Positions 44,351 through 59,352 of a stretch of 64,000 bases of DNA are shown one piece after another; the stretch's first letter is position 1, and each line of letters opens with the position of its first letter. Made by a program: the position numbers and the translations under genes. Location of the stretch: the NCBI RefSeq assembly GCF_009914755.1, contig NC_060928.1; one strand, written 5' to 3'. The DNA is from the human T2T-CHM13v2.0 reference genome, Homo sapiens. A model generated the notes under the pieces. It was not told the origin of the DNA. It ran no database searches and saw only the letters and a program-made list of their open reading frames with translations.

Positions 44351-45075
44351 GGGGTGATATAGAAAAAAGGCTGAGGAGCACTGAAGTAGAGTAACTACCT
44401 TATTTTTTTTACTTCAGCTCTACTTTCTGATTCTCTGAATTATTGAAGAATTGCAAAACTGGTTTTTAATGTTAAAGTCTTATGAATAAGTACCATTTGC
44501 AAAAGAATTTACCCTTCCACATCAACATCCAATTTGAACCTCAGAATTGCTCTGTAAGGTGATTAGACAGGATTCCTATTCTATACCTGCCACTGGGCCT
44601 TTATGCATATCATTCCCTCTGCCTGGAAAGACAGGTCCCTACCCCTGCATGCCACCTTTTTTTCTTTGCTAAATTCTTTCAGGACTTAACTTCCTCCAGG
44701 AGGCTTTTCTGGCCCTCCAGTGTGCTTTCTTAGTGCCAGCCATACTGCACTGTGATTGCCTGTTTTATTGTCTGTTTCCTTTGTCAGACTGGAAGCTTTG
44801 TGAGGGGGACCCTATCTGTCATCGCTGAATTTCCAGCATCCAGCAGAGTGCAAAAATGTTTTGTTGATGGACAAATAATATCATATAGCTAATAACTTGA
44901 ACATAGGTTTTTTTTTAAACACCTAAATGCAGTCATTTCTGAACTCTACATGCTGCTTCTTAATTCCTCCTAATTACTTGTCCTAATGGACATGGTTTTA
45001 TCTCTGAGTATAAGAGTATGCTAGTGGGATCTGCACCCTGCACTGTGCTGTAGGCCCCTTCACATTTGAACAGTG

Positions 45076-45428
45076 TGATATTAGTCCATTCTCATGCTGC
45101 TAGAAATGTGCTACCCAAGACTGGGTAATTTATAAAGAAAAGAGGTTTAATTGACTCACAGTTCCGCATGGCTGGAGAGGCCTCAGGAAACTTACAATCA
45201 TGGCTGGAAGGCAACTCTTTACAGGGTGGCAGCAGAGAGAATTAATGCCAGCAGGGGAAGTGCCAGATGCTTTTAAAACTATCAGATCTCATGAGAACTC
45301 ACTATCACAAGAACAGCATGGGGGAAACCGATTCAGTTCCCTCCTATGGGTCCCTCCCATGATATGTGGGCATTATGGGGATTACAATTCAAGATGAGAT
45401 TTGGGTGGGGCACAGCCAAACCATATCA
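45076..45428 (-). mobile_element. THE1 (C/D-like) solo LTR
   Basis: attagtccattctcatgctgct...gagatttgggtggggcacagccaaaccatatca. Confidence 0.85.
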
Positions 45429-46370
45429 TTATGTATACGTGCACATTTGTGTGTAATTGACACCTTGTCTTGTTACCAAAGGATTTAATGCTGCCTACCA
45501 AAAGCCTCATGTAAGTCCAAGTCTTCTGTAGTTTCCTAGTAACCTTTTATGGGAGACCGTTATGCAAACAAATTTCTTCCTTCTAGCAGTTCGTGGAGAT
45601 GGGTAATAGATAATGTTTTTGATATAACATGAACTTAAAGCTGAATCCAGATTTTATGTTCACCATGATCATAATTGTTTCATTCCTTCTTTGCACGTAG
45701 ACTTAGCAGCTCATATGTCAGGCCTTGGGGATATAAAGGTGAAGAAAGAAAGGTTTTTACTCTAATGGGGTGTACAATTTTTCAGAGGATAGTCATGAAC
45801 ACAGATAAATTCTACCACAGCAGGGTTACTGCTGCAATAGGGTTATGAACAGACTGCTGTGAGACCTTAAGAGCTCAGCAGCTGCTTTGCCTGCAGGTAT
45901 TTGGGGAAGGCATCATATCTGAGCTGGGTTTTGAAAGGAGTGCAGGAATTTGCCTGATGAAAAATGGGAAAGGAGTACATAAAGGCACCAAATTATGAAA
46001 AGATCTTGTCTCACAATGAATATGTACGTGATAAAAGACTGAAAAGGAATATCCCCAAATCAGTAGTTGATGTTTTAAAAAATAATTATATATTTTTAAT
46101 TGACAGATAATAATTGTACTTATTCATGTGGTACATTGGTGTTTTATGGTTGTGGAATTGTAAATACTTTTTTTTCTTTTTAAGAATTTCCTTTAATATT
46201 GTTGTTTTATTGGTTTCATAACTCAGTAACATGAAACTGGCGCCTGTGACTATTGAATCAGGAAATTAAAGTGAGTTAATTTATTTTTATTGCTAATGTT
46301 TGTACTGAATTTAACATATAGATTAAAACATGAGTATTGACTGATTTACTAAATTGTTACTAGGTTTTAA

Positions 46371-46712
<342 letters not shown>

Positions 46713-47434
46713 CCTTTATTCATAAACAGACTCCAAGTTTCACTTTTCCCTTGAGTCTCCATTGACCAGTTCTCATCTGGGAGATCAGGATATGCCTGGT
46801 GGGGGTTACCCTTGGCTGAAATATATGGATAAAGGGTGTCTCTTAGCCTGGTTGAGCAGAGAGAGTTCGCCCTGGAGGCAAGTAGTGGAGTGTGTTCAAC
46901 CAAGAAGGCTACACAAAAGGGTGGCTGGGAGGGATCTGGGAGAGACTGGATTATTTATCAGACCAAAGTTATAATGGAGTAATTCACATATGGAGCTCTC
47001 AGAGGGCACTGCAGGTCCAGAGAACGGAGCAAGAAGTGCTGAGCAAGGGATGTTCAGGAAACGAAGTCTGCAGACACTTGGCTGGTGGTGGAAGGTGCCT
47101 TTTATGTGGAGTCCAGCGTGTCCTGCCAGGGAAGAGGAGGCCATTTAAAGGCACCGTGCTGTCCCAGACACCAGGCTTGGACGTTTTCCCAAAACAACTT
47201 TAGAATGAGGTCAAATAGGCTTTTCATTTCACTGTGTATACCAAAGGTTATGACTGACTCTAAAGATATATATGTAAAGATGTCTCCTTTCTGATTTTAT
47301 TTCTGGAAGGAAGATTTCAAAAAAATTTTAATTGCTTCATGTTTGAATCATCATTCTGTATTTTTTTCCCTCCAGGGGATGTTTATTTTATCAGAGTCAA
47401 AACCAAACTTATTTCTAACATCGTCCTAGTAATT

Positions 47435-47745
47435 TTTTCTTCTTTTCTTTTTTTTTTTTTTGAGATGGGGTTTTGTTCTGTCATGCAGGCTGAAGTGCAG
47501 TGGCATGATCTTGGCTCACTGTAAGCTCTGCCTCCTGCGTTCAAATCGTTCTCGTGTCTCAGCTTCCCGAGTAGCTGGGACTACAGGTATGTGCCATCAT
47601 GCCTGTCTAATTTTTGTATTTTAGTAGAGATGGGGTTTCACCATGTTGACCAAGCTGGTCTTGAACTTCTGACTTCAAGTGATCCACCCACCCAATCTCA
47701 GCCTCCCAAAGTGCCAAAGTGCAGGCATGAGCCACTGTGCCTGGC
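47435..47745 (-). mobile_element. AluS
   Basis: Antisense dimer. Confidence 0.9.
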
Positions 47746-48053
47746 GTAGTCATTTTTTCTTTTAATCTTCTTTTTTGTTTTTAAAATTGTAAAAAACTTC
47801 AATGAAAACCGTGCAGTAGCAGATCTGTCTTTTTTCCAATGACGGAAGGCAAGTGTAGGTTTACCATTGGGCCAGTTTAATCATTTGAATGATCAGAACA
47901 TGAACATTAGAAGAATGGCTTGAGGGGGGATATATGTGACAGGATAAGGAAGATTGCAACATAGAAATACTGCTTTCTAATGGCTTACAATTAGTGTTAT
48001 TAGCTGAGCATTTCATATTTTAGAATACCTTTCAGAACAATGTTAAAAGAAAT

Positions 48054-48205
48054 GGCGGTGGCATGTGTCATTGCTTATGTCCATAATCCCAACTACTTGG
48101 GAGACTGAAGTGGAAGGATCGCTTGAGGCCAGGAGTTCAAGTCCAGCCTGGGTAACATAGTGAGAGCCTGTCTCTAAAAGTAAATAAATGAAAATAAATA
48201 AATAA
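48054..48205 (+). mobile_element. FLAM-like Alu monomer
   Basis: Single monomer with AAAT tail. Confidence 0.75.
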
Positions 48206-49004
48206 TCTTTTTTAAAAAACGGTGGTAAAAAAACTGAACTGTATGGGGTTATCTCAAAATAGTAGTGTTTGCTTACCTCTGGAAAGATGATCATATGTTC
48301 TGGCCCATAAAACGGTATTTTTTTTCCAGAGATGATTTAAACAATTCTAAATTTGATGTCCATAAACCATTTTACATTCTTTATAGGCAACCAAGTACAC
48401 ACAATCAGATATTAAATTGCACCAGATTTTTACTTGTTTTAAGGGTGTTTTATGACGCAAGTCCAAAGATCAGATGTCACGTCTGCCAGGAAGTGCTACA
48501 TCATTTTTACTTTTTCTGCAGTGCTGTTACAGCACACATGCATGCTACTGCATGGGCAATGAAGACTTCTTGTTTTGTTTATCAGTTAGGCTCGGATTAT
48601 AAACTGAAGAGTGGCTCCCACTTTTATGGAACCTACTTTGAACTTGAGTATTGTATGTGCTGTGGTAAATGGTGATAGCTTGCCAACTCATTAGGAAGGT
48701 CAGCTTTCTAGAAGATAGAATTACAAAATAAAGGCCCCTCTCCCTTCAGCAGATTGTTTCAGTGGCAAAGCAAGGTGACGAGACCTAAAATATTCATTAC
48801 TTCTAAAGACACCTACCCTTTAGTGACCAGCAACCAGGGCACCAGACCGTTATTAACAAAGACAACTGATACATTTGGAGAAGCAATGCCTTTCTCCCTA
48901 AAAACAAAATTCTAAGTGGTTTCTCAAGCTACATCAGATCTATCCACTTACTTTCTCTTTTACTCCAGTTGTACCTTAGATTAAATGAAATACCTGCATA
49001 ACTG

Positions 49005-49291
<287 letters not shown>

Positions 49292-49589
49292 TGACACCCA
49301 GAAATACAAGGATCCCACTGAGATAGCGCACTCAGGTAAATGGGCTAATTAATTTTCTGATAAAAGCATTTTTGTGTGTGTGTTGTCTGCCCTTATTCAT
49401 TCAACTCTAGGAGGTACGTATTTAATATTTGTGGTTGGTGGTGATGTCATGAAGTGTTAAATAATATTTAAAGCAGCTATGAGCTATATAAGAGTTGTTG
49501 TAAGACATTAAAAGTAAAATTAGTGCTGCACATTTGTAAAGGAAAATTATCATTGTAGGATACATTGGTAAGGGAAGACTGTGGGATTT

Positions 49590-50710
49590 TCATTCAACCA
49601 TTCATTTATAAAATGTTTATTGAGAGCTTATTAAGTTCCTGGAACCTCTCTGGTTATTGGGCATGGGGTAGTGCATAAGATAGGCCAGGTTGGCTGGGCA
49701 TGGTGGTTCATGCCTGTAATCTCAGCACTTTGGGAGGCTGAGGCGGGTGGATCGCTTGAGGTCAGGAGTTCAAGACCAGCCTGGCCAACATGGCGAAACC
49801 CCATCTCTACTAAAAATACAAAAATTAGCCAGATGTAGTGGTGCACGCCCGTAATCCCAGCTACTTGGGAGGCTGAGGCAGGAGAATTGCTTGGACCCGG
49901 GAGGCAAAGTTGGAGTGAGCTGAGATTGAGCCATTGTATTCTAGCCTGAGTGACAGAGCCAGACTCCGTCTCAAAAAAAAAAGGCTGGGTTTCTGCTTTC
50001 AAGGTGCTTACATTCTTTTGGGAGAAGAAGAACAAAGCAATAAGCAAAAAGTTTATTTCGTAAGAAATATTTGATAGTGGCTCTGCAGAACCTTAGTATA
50101 GGGTGGTATGATAGAGTTGCCTCTAGAGACTACTTTAGATTGTAAGTCAACATAGGCTGCTGTGAAGAGGTGATATTTAAGTAGAGGCCTGAATGATAAT
50201 AAGGAACCAACCATGCAGCAATCTGGGCATTCCAGACAGAGGGGTGGACCATGCCCAGGGCCAAAAGCAGGAAGGAGCTTGACATGTTTGTGGAACAAAA
50301 AGATGAAATCCAAAAGATGAGTGAGGACCAGATTGTATAGGAGTTTGGATTAGGTGCTAATTGCAGTGGTAAGCCACGGGAGGCCTTTAAGCAAAGGAGG
50401 GCCATAAGTTTATGTTTTCAAATTTCATTCTGGCCACTGTGGAAGGAAGGCAAGAGTAGAAGCAGTGATACTAAGGTGACTGCAGAAGAGATTCTGGTGC
50501 CTTTTATGAGGGGGATGGTAGGGTAGATGGAGTGAAGTAGATAGATTTGGGTATGTTTTGGGTTGATAGCCTATAGGCCTGCCAGTGGATTTGAAATGGA
50601 CGTAAGGAAACAGAACTCAAAGATGACTTCTAGGTTTCTGGCTCAAGCAGCTGGGTAAATGATGGTGAACTTTGAAGAAAGGATGGGATTTAGAGAAAAG
50701 GAGCCAAGAA
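49590..50710 (-). mobile_element. L2 fragment with a sense AluS (49692-49982) inserted
   Basis: cattcatttataaaatgtttattgag L2 end; aaagatgacttctaggtttctggc; full Alu dimer. Confidence 0.8.
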
Positions 50711-51689
50711 TTTCAGTTATAGAGCTGGGACTAGATGTGGCTTATGGAGAAAGTGTTTAAGATTTGGCAAAAACAAAAAGCTTTTACTCAGTGCCCCCAA
50801 GAACAGAGGACATCAAATTCTGTTTAGTAAATTAAAAAAAAAAGTATTATAAATGTATAGTTGTTTCCATAAGAAGGGCCCATCAGGAGAAAAAGTGCAT
50901 TAGAAAGGTTGGGAATTGAAGGAGTAGAAAATAGAAACAGGATAAATAAGTCAGAGAAAGATACACAGATAAAGAGCTAAAAAGAGGAAATGCAGACAAA
51001 AGAGACAGATGTGCAGAATTAGAGAGAGAAGGGGCAAGCACACTCACACAGACTCTTCACTCTCTTCCATTCTAACCTGGAGCCAGAGAGACACTAGAGG
51101 CAGTTGTGAGATCAAAACTTTTTTCTTTATTATAATTAACTATGGAGTGATAACAAGACACAGACCAAAAGCAAATAGGACCAAATCTTTATCTGAAACA
51201 GGAAAGTTGTCTTTATTCTGTTGTTTGTTATTAGAGTGGATCTTCTGTCCTGAAATATTTCCAGGATGAAAATGGTTTTTACAATTTATTAGCTAAGCAG
51301 CAAGTTGAATAATGGCCAGAAAAATATATTAGTGACTGTGCACAATTACTCACTTTTGTGAAGATAAAAGGCTGCCAAAAGTGGTTATTTCTCCTAAATG
51401 AAAACAGTGAGAAATTAACCGTCAATTAACTGGTTAGACTGAACTTTGAGAATAAACGCAGAAACAAATGCACAATTCATCCATCCATCCATCCCATACC
51501 ATACCCCACCCTACCCTACCCTACCCTAAACTTACCTAAATTTCTTGATGTCATAAATAGGCTCTATTTAGAATAGAAAAACACTTCACATTTTTTTATT
51601 TGTTAGATTTTTGTAAATAATATCTATAGCTACCCTAGACTAATTGTTAATTTTCTTAAAATTGGTTATTGGTTAAAAATATGTTTCCT

Positions 51690-51980
51690 AGGCTAGGTAT
51701 GGTGGCTCATACCTAGAATCCCAACACTTTGGGAGGGTTGAGGCAGGTAGATCACTTGAGCCCAGGAGTTTGAGACCAGCCTGGGCAACATTGAGAAACC
51801 CCATCTCTACAAAAAACAGAAAAAATTAGCTGGGCGTGGTGGTGCACATCTGTAGTCCCAGCTACTCTGGAGGCTGAGGCAGAAGGATCACCTGAGGCCG
51901 GGAGGTCTAGGCTGCGGTGAGCTGTGATTGTGCCACTGCACTCCAGCCTGGGCGACAGAGTGAGACCTTATCTCAAAAAA
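51690..51980 (+). mobile_element. AluJ
   Basis: Sense dimer. Confidence 0.9.
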
Positions 51981-53529
51981 TATATGTATGTATTTACTAG
52001 AAATCCACAAGAACCTACAAATGAATTGATTCAACAGTGAGGTATGAGGAGCAAGGTTTTAGATTAGTGCATTATTAGAATACCAAGAAACATGGCAGGT
52101 GTACTATAAGAGGCAACATTATTGGGACCTCTACTGTGCATCACCCCAAAAGACCAGTGAAACTCTCTAACAAATAACAAAAATAATACTACATAGTTTA
52201 AAAGCTGTGGAACAACCTTGGACTGAAAAGTCACGAACTACGTTTGGCTGAGCGTTTTTCTTATTATTTCACTCTTTCCTTTTTCCTTTTCTTCTTCCTT
52301 CCCGCCTTCTCTTCATTTTCTAAAAAAATTCTTATATGGATTTTCCTTAAGAGGATGTGGAAGGAACACTCAATAAAGACACTGAACCTGGATTCTGTTA
52401 TTTAAGATTATGTCTTAGTAGTTCTGTGAAAAAAAACTAAACTAGTTTCTAAAATCTATTTTAATATAACATTCTAAAATAATATTTTATATGAAATTTG
52501 TATTTATCTTTTTATTTTGACTTCTTGCCTTTTAGGATATTAATGATGTTGTTAATAATATTGTTACAGTTGGGGTCAGTGCCAGCCAGCACCAAGACAG
52601 AACAAGGCCGTGGGCACTGAGCTATGTCTGATGAGATGATGGGGAATGTGTTATGATTTATAAAGACAGATAAATTATCACTGCCCTTTCCTAGTAATTG
52701 ATATTCAATATCTGCCACAAGAGGAGTTTTTTGTTTGTTTGTTTTAATGAATGATCATTCAAAGTAGAGCGCTAACATGGAGAATAGTCTGGTTAGTGTG
52801 GGAAGTTCTGTACTGGGGTTATTACCATTTGGATTTTCCTTGGAAGTTTCTAGGTGAGTTTTGATTAGGACATATAACTTCATCAAAGGTTAGGTGATCG
52901 GATTGCATATAAAGCTGCTTTAAGTATTAAAATAGAGGCATTTTGACTTGGATTACCAGTGAAACCATTTTGGGCATAGTCTTAACTGTATGTGGTGTGA
53001 TTGAGATGTCTGTGGGTTGCCATGTAACTCCACAGTTTGCTTTTATGTGTGTGATTGTGAGTGGGAAGGGTGGAATATGGGCGTTTGGCATGAACAGATC
53101 ATACTTCCTGACATCTCTTCTCCACAAGCATTCTTTTCCAGGTGACAGAGACTAGAACACATTTCAGGAGACACTTTAAGAGTGAAAGGTGAGAGGAGGA
53201 ACGGACAGTGGAGAGGTGTGTGCTGCGCATGACTAAATATTTCCTTCCCGTTTGACATTACTCTCCCGGGAGTCCTTAAAACAATATTAGTAGAATCTTT
53301 ATTTTAAAGTTTATTTATGTGGGTCTTAAGGAAGACCTAAAGTCTCCCTTTATTTTTTTTTTACCTTCAAGTGGAAATTATTTCACATCTATGTTTGATG
53401 TGGTGGTGGGTAAAGCACCCTGGACTTAGAGCCAAGAGAAACGGATTCTTGTCTGAGCTCTGCTGCTGAATAGCTCTGTAGGCTCAAAAACATCTCTGCC
53501 TTACTGGGCAGCAGAGTCTTCATCTGTCT

Positions 53530-53739
53530 TAGAGGTTGGCAAAGTTTTCCTGTAATGGGCCAGATAGCAAATTAATTTAGGTTTCCCAGGTTACATACAG
53601 TCTCTGTTGAGTATTTTACTTTGGTTTTGTTTATTTGTTATAATCCTTTAAAAATGTAAAAACCATTCTTAGCTCCTGGGCCACACAAAAGCAGGTCACG
53701 GGCTGCATCTGCCCCCTTGCCTTCATTGGCTGACCCCTG
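53530..53739. mobile_element. MER58-type hAT MITE
   Basis: agaggttggcaaag..ttcctgtaatgggccagatag...aaccattcttagctc...gctgacccctg. Confidence 0.75.
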
Positions 53740-54278
53740 TTCTGTATGAAAGAAAAGGAGGGGAAGAAATGTAAAAGAAGGAGCTTGAACTGACAATTTT
53801 TAGATATAGGACTCTGATCAATGTTCTGAGGAGCACCAGGCTAAAGAATAGATTCTGGAAGCAAGAGTTATTTATTTATCTTTTTCCCTTAGATTTTTAA
53901 TATTATGTATTTATTCATGGTATAGTTTCTCTTTTGTAATTTGCTCAGTTTAAATTAGATTTCACTATTTCCTATTCTTCAATTCTCCCTGCATGTTACT
54001 ATTTACCATTCGTAGCACTCCCCAGATTTCTTATTGCATACTCATTCCTAGAGAAGCAAACAGATGAGAGGAATGGCTTTCTTTGCAGATGGAGACGTGA
54101 CCTTTCACTTACAAAAAGGGAAGCAGCCAGTTGATTGCCCCTGGAGACCTAAGCAGGGTTGTGAGTGCTAAGCAGGCAGAGCCCAGCAACTCTGAATCTT
54201 GGGAGGGAGCCAGGAATTGCAGGGGGTCGGGGAGTGCATGCTAATAAAGACCTGCGTCCTTCCTTTCTGTTAGTGTTT

Positions 54279-54441
54279 GTTTGTTTGTTTGTTGAGACAG
54301 GGTCTCACTGTGTCACCCAGGCTAGGGTATAGTGTTGCAATCATGGCTCATTACAGCCTTGACCTCCTGGCCTCAAGCAATCCTCCTACCTCAGGCTCCT
54401 AAAAGTGTTGGGATTATAGGTGGTGAGCCACTGAGCCCAGC
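54279..54441 (-). mobile_element. Alu monomer with TSD
   Basis: TSD cctttctg(t/a)tagtgtt on both sides. Confidence 0.8.
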
Positions 54442-55011
54442 CCTTTCTGATAGTGTTGAATCCTATTACTCACACTGAACCAACAGTCTGAAGTTCTATC
54501 TGAAGTGTCCCCTTAGCTCATGTTGGAATATGCTGACATTTTTGTTCCTGAGGTACCCCGGACACCTCCTTCACTTTCCCTTCACCTCTTCCCTCATCTA
54601 ATCCATGCAAATCCAGTGCCCCATTCTATTTGGATCCTCTTCCCTACCCCTCCTATCTGATTTCCATGGCAGTCAGGAAGTGTCCAGGTGCGTCACTTTC
54701 CCGGCACCGCCCAGTGAGTTTCCTCTTATCGTTTCTCCATGGAGGCTGTTGGCTGGTGAAGTTGGTGAATCAGCCTGGCCCCCATCAATGCCACGTGGTC
54801 TTATGACTGACTTTGGGGCTTTGATCCTAGAACCACTTTGAACACATTTCCTCTATTCTCAGGCAGGCACATCTGAGAAAGAAACTGTCACCGCTCCCCT
54901 CTTTCACCTTCCATTCACTTCTCTACCACAGGTACTGGGTACCAGCCCTGCCATGCCACACAAATGCTCTCTCTCCCTCTTCTTCCTTTTTGAAGGAGTA
55001 CTAGTGATTTT

Positions 55012-55310
55012 GTCTTTTTTTTATTTTGAAACGGAGTCTCCCTCTGTCACCCAGGCTGGAGTGTGGTGGTGTGATCTGGACTCACTACAACCTCCGCCTC
55101 CCGGGTTTAAGCAACTCTCCCTGCCTCAGCCTCTGGAGTAGCTGGGATTACAGGCATCCGTCACTATGCCCGGCTAATTTTTGTATTTTTAGTAGAGATG
55201 GGGTTTCACCATGTTGGCCAGGCTGATCTTGGACTCCTGACCTCAGACGATCCGCCCACCTGGGCCTCCCAAAGTGCTGGGATTACAGCCGTGAGCCACC
55301 GCGCCCAGCC
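55012..55310 (-). mobile_element. AluS
   Basis: 18-bp TSD aaggagtactagtgattt at 54993 and 55314. Confidence 0.95.
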
Positions 55311-56129
55311 CTAAAGGAGTACTAGTGATTTGGCATTGAGAAATAGGATGGATGCATTTTCAGTCCTTTCCTAACTCAATGACTTTGTTGCAGAGACACT
55401 GTTGGCCATTGACATGTGGAAATGTTTCATCCCCACATTTCTTGGATCTTCCTCTCGCTTCTGTCTGCTCCTTCTTGCGGAGTCTCCTCCCTGGGCTGGT
55501 TCACCCCTTTAATGTTGCAGTTTACCTGATTCTTTCTGAAACCTTCTTCTTCCATATGCCTTCTTTAGCTGGTTTCACTCATTCCTGTGGCTCTGTCACC
55601 TCTATGCTTATTGCTGCCAAGTGTGCATCACCATCCCATCTGAATATTTTCTCCTACACATCACACTCTTTTATCCAGATGCCTACTGGACATAACTGGT
55701 TCAATGCCCACAGACATCACAAAATTCAATGTATACAAAACCGACCTCAGTCCCTTCTCCCTAAAACCTGAAGCTCCTCTTTTTTTACTTACTTATTTCA
55801 GTTACCCAAGTCACTGAAGCCATAAACATGAACATCTTCCTAAGGAGTGTGTCATCACTCTTTCTTCTCCTCCTGTATCCTTCCTTCACCTGTCTGCTAC
55901 CATGTCGCTAATTCAGGCCCTCATTACCCCTCTCCACTATCTCTTTCTCTTTTGTTTCCCCTTAAACCCATCTCTCCTTCTGTCACCATGTCTAAAATTT
56001 AAATGCATTATCATTTCACACACTTGAAAATTCTTTCAAGAATTTTCTAACACTTACAGAATAAAGCCCCAAATCTCCAGTGTGACTAATGACTCTATGA
56101 TCAGGCTCCTCCATCTCTCTAGATTGTTT

Positions 56130-56500
56130 CTTTTTTTTTTTTTTTTCTTTTCAGCTTTTATTTTAGGTTCAAGGGGTACATGTGCAGGTTTGTCACATGG
56201 GTAAATTACCTGTCATGGGGTTTGGTGTACAGATAATTTTGTCACCCTAGTAAATAGCGTAATACCTGATAGGTAGTTTTTTCAGTCCTTACTGGGGCCA
56301 CCCTCAAGTAGGCCCTGGTGTCTATTGTTCCCAGCTTATTTATTTATTTTTGAGACAGAGTCTTATTCTGTCTCCCAGGCTGGAGTGCAGTGACGTGATC
56401 TCGGCTCCTGCAATCTCTGCCTCCCGGGTTCAAGCAATTCTCCTGCCTCAGCCTCCCAAGTGGGGAGGCTGGGACTGCAGGTGTGCACCATGATGCCCGG
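56130..56500 (-). mobile_element. Old L1PA 3' end (56130-56332) plus truncated Alu right arm
   Basis: ggggtacatgtgcaggtttgtcacatgggtaaatt L1PA tail; Alu right arm. Confidence 0.8.
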
Positions 56501-56722
56501 CATTATAAGTTTAAGAAATACTTACTTATACCAAAATTATCTGGTTTCTCAGGCAGTAGGAAGAATAATGGATTTAGTATTAAAGACCTCAGTTGAAGTA
56601 TTCTTTTAGCCATTTTTAGCTAAACTGATTTGTGCCAAGTTACTTACTGCCTCTAAGGCTCTCATCTTTAAAATGGGCACACTACTACTAATAATTGAAT
56701 AATTGAACAAATTATATACTGT

Positions 56723-57091
<369 letters not shown>

Positions 57092-57449
57092 TAAATGAAT
57101 TAATATTTAATATCACCAGTAAAGTGTAGCATTTAGAATGTCCCCTAAAAGTCTGGGACCACAAATTTGTGCCCTGTGAAGATCCTACCTTACCCGGAAT
57201 TTGAATTTCCTGTGCCAGCTAAATTGGGTCACTTTGTTAGTGAAAGCTTGTGTTGCTGCAGTCCCAGGGCATCTTGCCCTTTGTTAGGCTGTAAACACGA
57301 TGCTGTCCTCTTCCCTCCTACTCCTTTGCTGCTTTTATTACTTGAGGGTTCACTTTGCGGATTTGTTTTTCTGAGCCCTATCACTTCTCTTGATAGAGTG
57401 TCTACTGTTAAGTTGCCGCCTACGGCATTGCTTCCTGTGGGGAACCTAG

Positions 57450-57810
<361 letters not shown>

Positions 57811-58254
57811 TAGGATTTTATGGTCTGTGACACTAGGTTCCCGACTGAATTGTTCCAGGTGCTTACCTGTGAATGGGAGGAGGTTTTATCAACCATTAAG
57901 AGTTTTAATCCATCATTAGTCTGTATAAAAAGTTCTTAATGAGGAGTATTACATTGACTGTATAGTTTCACCTTAAAATTTCATTTTAAAATAGTTTCAT
58001 TTGCTTAACCAAAATATTCTGAGGGGCATCTAGGGGCCAAAAACTACTCCTCATGAGGGGATAACAGTGGAGAGCAAGAGAAATACATATTCTGCCTTCC
58101 TTAATCAGATGCCTTAATATGAAAGGTAAACTTTATTTTCCTTTTTTTTAAAAAAAAAAAAAAACTGGCAGGATCAACTAGTTAAGAAAGGTAAACTTTA
58201 CACAGGTAGTTTCACAAGTGATGAAGATAATGAACGTGAAGTACAGTATTTAAG

Positions 58255-59020
58255 GGGAGCTGGAAAGGACTGCACTGGGGTCGTCTGCCTGGCACCCCTT
58301 TTCTAGGAATCTCCTCTTATACCCAGGCGTTCCTGTGGTTATTGTTAGTGCAGCTTGACCCGAGGCTGGGTCCGAGGATGAGCACCTGCCAAGCTGGGCC
58401 AGGGATTTTTTTGAGACAGGATCTCATTCTGTCGCCCAGGCTGGAGTGCAGTGGCACTATCTTGGCTCTCTGCAGCCTTGACCTCCCAGGCTCAAGCAAT
58501 TCTGCCTCAGCCTCCCGAGTAGCTGGGACTACAGGTGCGTACCACCACACCCAGGTAATTTTTGTATTTTTTGTAGAGACGAGGTTTTGCCATGTTGCCC
58601 AGGCTGGTCTTAAACTCCTGAGCTCAGGTGATCTGCCCGCCTTGGTCTCCCGAAGTGCTGGGGTTATATGTGTAAGCCACTGCGCCCAGTCAGGGCCAGG
58701 GATTTTTGAAATGGCTCAGAGGCTAGAAGACCAAGGAATTTCTGGGTGTCTAAACAGCAGTGTGAAAGTGTTGGTCCTTTTAGGGGCCATAGTTCCAACC
58801 ATAAGTCCTGAAGGAGTGGAGGAAGCCACAGTTAGGGGATGGGAGGACGTGACTCTGTTACGCAGAGGTTTGGATCCTGGAGATGGAGTGAAAGTTCTGG
58901 CAGTGTTTGGGTTTTTGGTTAGAGTTCTTTCTGAGATCCAACTGGGTTCCTCAGAATCTTTACAATAAATTTCCCTTATTTATTTAAGCTAGTTTGGGTT
59001 GAATTTCTGTTGCTTCACAC
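58255..59020 (+). mobile_element. Old ERVL/MaLR-type LTR interrupted by an antisense Alu (58409-58690)
   Basis: LTR 3' end aataaatttcccttatttatttaagctagtttgggttgaatttctgttgctt; Alu TSD gggccagggattttt. Confidence 0.6.
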
Positions 59021-59029
59021 AATAGTAGT

Positions 59030-59352
59030 TTTTTCTTTTCTTTCTTTTTTATTTATTTATTTATTTTGAGATGGGGTCTATCTCTGTTGCCCAGGGTGGG
59101 GCGCAGTATTGCAATCCGGGCTCACTGCAGCCTTGAACTCCTGGGCTCAAGCAATCTTTGTGCCTCAGCCTCCTCAGGACTATAGGCATGTGTCACCATG
59201 CCAAGCTAATTTTTTATTTTTAGTAGAGACGAGATAGAGACACTATCTTTTCCAGGCTGGTCTCAATGTCCTGAGCTTAAGTGATCCTCCCATTTCAGAC
59301 ACCCAGAGTGCTGTGTCCTGGGATTTTAGACCTAAGCCATTGTGACTGGCCA
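59030..59352 (-). mobile_element. AluJ
   Basis: Antisense diverged dimer. Confidence 0.88.

Noticed and set aside
48265-48675. 136-aa ORF in non-repeat sequence
   Set aside because: Non-ATG start, no recognisable domain and no convincing splice sites; compatible with chance.
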